NCBI RefSeq assembly: GCF_009914755.1
Contig: NC_060940.1
Strand: one strand, 5' to 3'
DNA: 64,000 nt
Source: the human T2T-CHM13v2.0 reference genome, Homo sapiens
Position numbers and translations under genes: made by a program. Shown here piece after piece: positions 55,590-64,000 of this stretch. Under the pieces are notes generated by a model. The model was not told the origin of the DNA, did not search any database, and saw only the letters and a list, made by a program, of their open reading frames with translations. How positions within the stretch are numbered: position 1 is the stretch's first letter; the number at the start of each line of letters is the position of its first letter.

Positions 55590-56340
55590 TGCTGTCAATC
55601 ACACTTGTCCTGAGTCCTCTTCACCTCTTCCCCATCTCAGTAAATGGAACCACCATCTACCAAGATACTGGAGCCAGAACCCGGGATAGAACTTTGCCCT
55701 TTTCCTCAATCCCTAATTCATAAGTAAATTATATTTATTCTACTTCCAAAGAGATCTCAAATCTGTGCATTTCTCTCTATTCACCTGCTCTTGCTCCCTG
55801 TAGCCTGTTCTCCCCACAACAGCCACAATGATCAAAACCCACAAAGAGAACATGTCCCTTCTCTGCTCATCACCTTTCAGTGCCTTCCCATTTCTCATGG
55901 CGTGGAATCCAAACTGTTTACCACAGTCAACAAGACTGCATATCTTGCTCCTGCCTAACTCTTCATCCACAGCATGTAGGACTCTCCCTCAATGACCACA
56001 TAGCAGTCCCAGCCTTTTGTTTCCTTGAACACACTAAGTTCATCCCTGCTCTAGGATCTTAGCATATGCTATTTCCTCGGCCTGGATCACTCTTAAATTG
56101 GCTCTTCACACGGCCAAACCCTTGTGGTAATTTACATGTTGGCTTAAAAACCACTTCCTCCAAGAAGTCTACCTAAGCTCCTTATGCAAAATAGGACCTT
56201 CCCATGATTCATTTCTCTCCGAGCACTTATTACCACCAGGCGATTATTGTATCTGTCCAGTTATTTGCTTTTGATATGTCTCCCCTCATTAAGCTATTAG
56301 GTCCTCCAAGTCAGAGCTTTGTATTTTGTATATGCTGGCA
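55590..56340 (+). mobile_element. L2 LINE fragment
   Basis: CCCATCTCAGTAAATGGAACCACCATCTACC...TTCCTTGAACACACTAAGTTCATCCCTGCTCTAGG. Confidence 0.75.
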
Positions 56341-56689
56341 CATTTACCTGTGGGTGCACATATACATACACACACATATTGGAATAAAATCCTACTTCCT
56401 CCATGAAGTTCCCCCAGCCTGCTCACCCACACTCATCCCTCCTCCCTCTTATTTGTCCTCACTGGGTCCAACAGAGGTTCCCATAACTGTATACTTCACA
56501 ATCTCTACTTCTTTTCTGGGTGCCTCTCATCTAGCCAATGTGATTGTAATTTCCCTCATGAAGGGGATTTCTAACTACTTTGCATGTAAATGCTTTTTTC
56601 ATATAAATATTTGAAGAAATTTGTACATTCTACTCTGTGTTTTAGTGATTTCTATATTTTTTATGTTTCTTGCTTGTCGGAGATAGAAG

Positions 56690-57125
56690 TTCACCTCAAG
56701 TTTTAAGCAGAAGGAAATAATTTATTTTAACTGATTAATGCAATGAAAAGCCCAGGGCAGTGCTGCCTTCAGATACAAATGGATTCAGGTGCTCTCGTGA
56801 TATTATGAGGACCCAGTCTCTCCCATTTCCTGCCTCTCCTCTTCTGTAAGTTGGCTCCCCTCTCAGGCTTTACCGGGGAACAGGATGGCAGTCAGAGGCT
56901 CTATCCATCTATCCTCATTTCTGGACAATGTCAGAGAAGCTCTGAAGTTTATTTCAGTTGGGTGGAATCTAATCATCTGCTCTCTTTTAAGCTATCACTG
57001 AGGCCAGGGGAAGAGAATTCCCAGGTTATTTTTGACCTGGTTTCTGTTTCCACAGTATAGGGTATGGGTGGGTCCCCAAGTCAAAGCCAAGGACTGAACT
57101 AGAGAAAAGGAGAATGAATGCTCAG
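56690..57125 (-). mobile_element. Old MaLR LTR (MLT1-like)
   Basis: TTTAAGCAGAAGGAAATAATTTATT...GCCTTCAGATACAAATGGATTCAGGTGCTC. Confidence 0.5.
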
Positions 57126-57134
57126 GAGACCATT

Positions 57135-57985
57135 GGTTCACTCAGTAAACATTTATGAGACCCTCCTGTGAACCAGATGCTGGAGACACAGAGATAAGTA
57201 AGCTGTCAGGTCTCAGCCCTGGAGGAACAAAGGAAGAAAAGAGATATGTGATCAAACACTGTATCACACGAGACCAATCCCAGGGTGGTCTGGAAGCTTA
57301 CATGAGGGAGGAGGAGGGTTTCAGGAAAACAGTGGCATTTGAACTGGGTCTCCAGGGAAAGGGGGCAATTGCACCTGAAAAATAGGAGAAAGGACTTCTC
57401 AGGGGAATGGAATGCAAGTCCCAGAGATGTGAAAAAGAAGGTCCTGGTGCTTGTGCTGGGATTGGAGGAAGCATGAGCATGGGAACCTAAGAGATAGAGG
57501 GGAAATTCTAGAACAAACGTTTGGTGCAAAGTTTACAAACTGGCAACCTGCCCCCAAATCCAGCTTACACCTATGTTTTGTTTGACCAGTGTAGTGTTTT
57601 AATTTTTAAAATAGCTTTCAAATTTAAAAATTAGCGGATTTTACATCAAATTCAGATATTCAGCTTCTCTGAAAATATTAGATGGGACATCATAGGTCCA
57701 TATTCCCTCATGTCCATAATTAACTGGAAATGCATTATCCCTATCCCACGTAGATGGGATAAGTGAGTTTCATTTCCTCACAGACCCCACCAAGCTCTCT
57801 GCATGCATCCCTATTGCCTTCCTGGCCTTGGAAGTCATTTGAGTTTCAGATCTCTGGCCTGATGAAAGAACCTGAATCTAGAATGGTGAATGTTTTGTTT
57901 GCCAAGCAGAGATATTCAGATTTTATCCTCAGGCAATGAGTATCACTGACAGTTTTAAAATAAGTGAATGTCATGACTTGTTTTT
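57135..57985 (-). mobile_element. L2 LINE fragment interrupted by MER102
   Basis: TTCACTCAGTAAACATTTATGAGAC...; resumes GATTTTATCCTCAGGCAATGAGTATCACTGACAGTTTTAA. Confidence 0.65.
57527..57856. mobile_element. MER102-like hAT element
   Basis: CAAAGTTTACAAACTGGC...CAGCTTCTCTGAAAATATTAGA...CATTTGAGTTTCAGATCTCTG. Confidence 0.65.
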
Positions 57986-58099
57986 ATTCATCTTTATATT
58001 TTCTCCAACAATTAGCACAATGGCTCACACAAAGCAGGTGTTAAGTCATTATTGAATGAATTAATTAAAGAAGGAATAAATCTTAAAAATTAATGAGTA

Positions 58100-58990
<891 letters not shown>

Positions 58991-59384
58991 AACAAACCTA
59001 CGAGTCCCTTTCTGAAATCTCACAACATCCAGCATAGCGATTGCTCAATACATTCTGAGTGATCGATTCAAGCCAAATCTGTTCTCCTCTCATAAACTAT
59101 CCTAATAACCTAGTAAGTGCATCTTTTATTAGACTGATTAATTTGGGAAGATAGAAGACAACTCAGCAGTGTGGAGACTTTGGGATTAGCCAGTCTGGAA
59201 GCAAGGGGCCAGGTTACAGCAAGAAGTGAGTGAGAGAGACCTCAAGCCTCTGATGGTTGGCAGGCCCTGGCCAGGACCACCAGTCCTAATTAAATCACTT
59301 GGTGAGAATTAATGCTCTTCCAGAACATTAGCAAAGTCTGAGAACTCGCACTGCATGAGGAAAAAGAAATTAGTCTGATGCCAA

Positions 59385-59915
59385 GTGAATCCATTCAATA
59401 AAGTTCTATTGAGCACTTGCTATGAGCAGAGCTGGCCGAATCCTACAAGGGGAGCAGCAATGGGAAGAGGAGAGCCTGTCCTTTAGATGCTCAGGATATG
59501 GTAGGAAGCATGCAGATGGAGGCCGGGGATAACTGAGATGTCAAGAACAGGGATGAGCAGGTTGCTCCTGAGAGCCATTCTAATTTCAGGACCAGAATGG
59601 AAACTGGGAGATGGCCCTGCAGGATGGAATCAGAGTTCATTGGGAAGTGACAAAGGGTAAACATTCTCCAGCTGGAGGGATTGTAGCAGCAAAGCCCTGA
59701 GGAGTGAGGGTGCCTGGTGTGTCTCCAAGGGAGATGCAGTCCAGGGTAGCTAGAGATCCAAGTGCATGGGACACTGGAAGGGATAAGGGACAGGCAAGAT
59801 TGTCCAGGTCACAAATGGCTTTGAATGAGTGCTCGGCTTTTTTCCTGCAGGTGATTGGTGATGGTGCTGGTGGCAGTGGTGTTCGATGGGGGAAGACTCT
59901 CAGGATTTTGAGGAA
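59385..59915 (-). mobile_element. L2 LINE fragment
   Basis: ATCCATTCAATAAAGTTCTATTGAGCACTTGCTATG...AGCAAAGCCCTGAGG. Confidence 0.65.
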
Positions 59916-59989
59916 ATGTAGAATACACTTCAACCTGTATTTTAACTAACATCAGTCTGGTGATCTTATGAAGAAGGGTGAACCTGAAT

Positions 59990-60343
59990 AGGGGTTACAG
60001 ACTCAGATGCCCAAAGAATTAGGCATCCAGTACAGGAAGAGGGCTAGGCAATATTATAAGTGCCATAATAAATGGGAACTGCTATTCTATCATTACTTTT
60101 GGGGAAGAAGAGGGAGTGGTGGAGACTGCTATAAACCGCTGGTGCACCCACTGAGGCAGTAGATATGCACCTCCAACTGACAATTGTCATACAGAGACAT
60201 GGGCCCAGTGTTATTCCACAGTCCAATTTTCTAGAAAAGCTAGAGATCTGGATGTTAACATCCATGCAATCTATTGTGAAGCATCATGCAGTCTAAACAA
60301 ATTGTATCTGAAGGCAGATTAGGCCAGCAGCTTGTGACCTCTG
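59990..60343. mobile_element. MER102-like hAT element (opposite orientation to 57527-57856)
   Basis: ACTCAGATGCC...GTGGTGGAGACTG...ATGGGCCCAGTGTT...GAGATCTGGATG...TTGTGACCTCTG. Confidence 0.65.
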
Positions 60344-60499
60344 AAAAATAAAAATCCACGTCACTGAGATATTCTACTCCACTGTCCTGTCTTAGGAAGT
60401 TTGGTAAAAACACTGGATGAAAAAAAATGTATGAGGACATCCAAATACTGTTTTGCAACAGCTAAAGAGAACTGGAACAGCTGCTAACTGTTCTGCTTT

Positions 60500-61060
60500 G
60501 CAGACGTCTGGGGTATACTCGGGACAACATTGATCATCACCACAGTGCTTTGTGTTTCTAAGTCTTATTCATTTGTTATCTGCACTGCTGGGTTTTTTGC
60601 CGTCAATATTTTGGGTGAAGAGAGACATCTCCCTCTAATGACGCCCTAATCGTTACTAATTTCCTCTGCATGGATTGTGCGCCATCAGGTATAATGAGCA
60701 CATTTGCTTTTAATGCTCCTGCTACAAAGAGTTCCTGGGAAATGGTTTGCAGGCACGTGCCCTAGCCGACAGCAGACAGCAGGGAGTTCAGAGGCATCGC
60801 CCATGTGGGAGTGAGCAGGAGGTCAGCCCATGGCGAGAGGGCCGTCCAGCCAGGGGTAGGCGGGACACAAGCCAGCCGGGCCTGAGCCCTTCTCTTACCC
60901 CCAGAAGCCTCCACTCACATTAATAATCTTAACTCCCTGATTTGCAATTAACCCAAAAGCTCTGTAATGATAATGGGATACGTGCGTAATTTGGTGCCAG
61001 AAGATGATAGATCGACAGGACTGGAATATTTATTCATCTCTCTGTGTTGTCGCTCTGAGT
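60500..61060. promoter_or_regulatory. Candidate enhancer / conserved non-coding element
   Basis: Repeat-free, retains CpGs, many TAAT sites, TTCCTGGGAA, palindromic GGCACGTGCC. Confidence 0.4.
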
Positions 61061-61259
61061 GAGGTGAGAGCCATCTGATCCCAGGCTCCCTGCAGAGGCA
61101 ACCGTGAGTGAGGCCTCCAGGTAGCCCAGCCTGAGAGGCCTTCCAGCAAGGAGGGGTGGCCTCTGAGTTTGCCCTGGGAATGATGAAGTGGGGTCCTGAC
61201 CTGCCCCTCCCCTGCAGCTGAGTGTACCCGGTGGTCGTCTTTTGTTTGGCCTACATGAT

Positions 61260-61390
61260 GATCTTGGGAAAATTTGAAATCATTATTAACATCTCCAAAG
61301 CAGGAGATTTCTTATAAACATCCAGATTGCTGGCTTCTTTAGGAAAATAGGAGTATCTGGCAATAGGGGACTCAAATTCCCACAGGGCAA
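61260..61390. mobile_element. MER102-like fragment
   Basis: ATCCAGATTGCTGGCTTCTTTAGGAAAATAGGAGTATCTGGCAA. Confidence 0.5.
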
Positions 61391-62099
61391 GTTTCAGCTG
61401 GAGCTTAAGCACTGTGGGGTGTGTGCTTGCTGTTTGCCCTGTTCTCCACCCAGCCCATTTCACCTGCCTTCCTGCCTGGACATACAGGCAGACATGTTTG
61501 TAACCACCTAGAATAAAGAGTCCCATTTCAACCTCAAACATGGGAAGGCCTCCCCTTGCCCCATCCCTAGGCTGAACCTGGCTTTTATTGGTTTTATTTG
61601 CTTGGATCTTGCTTGGGAAAAGAACATAGAAATGATTTCTCCTCCAGAAATCCACTGGAGCCTGTGCATGTTCATTTGGCAAACCTGTTCTGATGTCTGT
61701 CCAGATACAAGGGCTCAGAGTAGAAGGGGTCAGATATAAGGTGACAGGGTCAGACACATGGAAAACCACTGGACAAGGATGGGGAGCAGGAACTGACTTA
61801 TTCTATGGACCTCCCAAGGATGCAACAGCATCGTCTAGTGACAGGATGGCAAATGGACTGCAAATGGAAAGCCAGCCCTGATGAGGTAGCTGTGGCTTCC
61901 TGCAAAGAGTCTTGTGGCTGAGACAGGGCTCAGGAGGAAAGAACTCCATGATTAATTAATGCAGTTGCCCATAGGGCTTGGAAGCACATAGCTTATGTGT
62001 CTGGAAATCCTGGTCCAGTGAAAGAACAGCAAAGTGAGGCTCAGGAAACCTGGGTCATAGTCCAATCTCTGGAACTTCTTTGGCATGTGACCCGGGGAT

Positions 62100-62616
62100 A
62101 GGGTTTGATAGGGTTTGACTGTGTCCCCACCCAAATCTCATCTTGAATTCCTATGTGTTGTGGGAGGGGCCTGGTGGGAGGTAATTGGATCACAGGGGTG
62201 GGTCTTTCTCGTGCTGTTCTTGCAGTAGTGAAAAAGTCTCATGAGATCTGATGGTTTTAAAAAGAGGAGTTCCTGTGCACAAACTCTCTCTTTTTTTGCC
62301 TGCTGCCATCCAAGTAAGATGTGACTTGCCCCTCCTCGCCTTCCAGCATGATGGTGAGGCCTCCCCAGCGGTGTGGAACTATAAGTCCATTAAACTTCTT
62401 TCTTTTGTAAATTACCTAGTCTTGGGTATGTGTTTATCAGCAGCATGAAAATGGACTAATACAGGGTTACCCGAGACAATACAGAATCTGAATTGCAGGT
62501 AAACAAGCATGTACCATGCAACACTGGGGATATATATACTAAGGGATGATTTGTTCATCTGACGTTTGAATTGAATCAGGCATCCTGTACGCTTGTGGCT
62601 AAATCTGGCAGTCTTA
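62100..62616. mobile_element. MER53-like hAT MITE split by THE1B
   Basis: AGGGTT|...CATGTACCATGCAACACTGGGGATATATATACTAA...GGCATCCTGTAC...GCTAAATCTGGCAGTCT. Confidence 0.65.
62106..62463 (+). mobile_element. THE1B-like MaLR solo LTR
   Basis: TGATAGGGTTTGACTGTGTCCCCACCCAAATCTCATCTTGAATT...GGACTAATACA; perfect TSD GGGTT (62101-62105, 62464-62468). Confidence 0.95.
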
Positions 62617-62889
62617 CCTAGGGCACATAACTCCCTTTCCCTCTCTGCTCCTCAGTTTCCTCATCTGTCAAATGGAGTTGAATAAGATCAGTGACTGTCA
62701 AAGGGCTTTAGCTACAGAACCTTCCTTCAAAATTAAACTATCAATAGAAGCCAAAGGTATAACACAGATAAAACTGAGGCCACTCTGATGGAAGATGGGG
62801 TGAGGCTTACATTAGTCACTGATAACATTCACAGCTGATGTTCTGTGGTATCAGGCATCACACAGTGAGATAGAGCTCACCTTAAGGAT

Positions 62890-63125
62890 AATATTTATAA
62901 CAACTGCATATAGCATTCCCTGGGTGCTTCCCATGGCTGAGTTCTTTACATATATTACCTTATTGAGTACTCACAACAACTGGAGAAGTAAATACCACAA
63001 CTACTCCCTTGTAGCAGATGAGAAAACAAAAGCACGGAGAGATTCAGGAAGAAGCCCAAGCTAGTGGTAGATCCAGGAGTTGGATTCAGAAAGTCTGACT
63101 CCAGAGCCCGCACTTTCAACACCAA
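62890..63125 (-). mobile_element. MIR SINE
   Basis: GCAGATGAGAAAACAAAAGCACGGAGAG...GTCTGACTCCAGAGCCCGCACTTTCAACACC. Confidence 0.75.
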
Positions 63126-64000
63126 ACAGTGATCTAGATATACTGGATTAGTCCACCAGTAGGGCATGAACCTATCTGGGGTGAAGGCGGGCAAGCTGAG
63201 GCCAGGTAACTGTATTTAAGTCTTGTGTAGAGTGGTTTATTGATCTATCCTTTGGGCAGGAGTTGGACTTAGCAAAGCTTCAGAGTCCCTTTCTGCTCCA
63301 AGACTGTAAATCTGTGGTTCTCAGGGATTTTACTGATGGACATGAGACCTTGATCTTCATTCTCAAAGATATAAAAATAATAATAAAATCCTTCCCTAAT
63401 GACCAGTCCCATTCATTTCCCATAATAGTTATTTGGTAATTACTGTCAACCCATCAGGAATCTCAATACAGCTTTGTTGTGATTTTGACTTCTCACACTA
63501 AATTATTATTGTGCATATAGGGACCATTACTTGAGGTGACATTGCAACTGTCCTGGCTGGCAGCTGTTGCTATAGCTACTTTCCTCTGACCACTCTCCAT
63601 TTGGAGTTGGACTGGACAGTCTTGAAACTTGCCAGGAGGTGGAAATGGCACTTAGGCTGATCTCAGAGGCAGTTTCCACAGCAAGAGAGTGTGTTCCTGC
63701 CAAAGTCCAAGATGGAGAAAGAGGGACGATGAAGAAATGGCCCAGAAAGATCAAGCATGAAGACCTACAGGAGTGAGGAAGTGGAAGGGCTCCCAAGGTT
63801 AGCTAGCCCAACCTTGCCATCTGATGGAAATGGAATCAAAAAGACCAAGACCCTAATCCCATTTCTGTTGCCTACTGCCATTTGGTGATGCAAGCCCAGA
63901 GTTCCCAGACTTTGTCATTTTTTTTTCAAGAGAATCTAGAAATAGGAGTTGTTTTTTGAAGATGGAATTTCCTGATCCTTCAAAATTGGCAGCTTATCTT

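Larger units (their letters stand above)
62010..62690 (+). mobile_element. MIR SINE split by MER53 and THE1B
   Basis: CAGGAAACCTGGGTC...ATGTGACC | CCTCAGTTTCCTCATCTGTCAAATGG. Confidence 0.65.

Noticed and set aside
61251-61769. 172-aa ORF, the longest non-L1 ORF
   Set aside because: No recognisable domain; the 3' part runs through a MER102-like fragment; this length is compatible with chance in 64 kb.

Overview
This is primate DNA, most likely human or great ape (it carries AluJ/S/Y, L1PA3/L1PA5 and THE1B copies), and it is intergenic or intronic. I recognise no cellular protein-coding exon, RNA gene, CRISPR array or CpG-island promoter. The only ORFs with recognisable products are broken LINE-1 ORF2 remnants; the rest are chance ORFs in repeats or non-coding DNA. 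A large part of the window is a layered record of transposable elements (L1, L2, MIR, Alu, MaLR/ERVL LTRs, hAT DNA transposons), many with readable target-site duplications (TSDs). The remainder includes several repeat-free, motif-rich blocks that resemble distal enhancers. I found no convincing new biological system. The most unusual structures are: (1) a nested inverted-repeat scar at 21474-21634 containing an inverted local copy of sequence from 1.25 kb upstream; (2) an old L1MA insertion at 52735-53457 with both a 5' inversion and an apparent ~270-bp 3' transduction; (3) two Alus with inverted duplications of the A-rich linker; (4) a near-perfect 101-bp polypyrimidine duplication; (5) candidate spliced exons and enhancer-like elements. 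Repeat subfamily names come from remembered consensus sequences, and boundaries of old repeats are approximate; both need RepeatMasker/Dfam confirmation.
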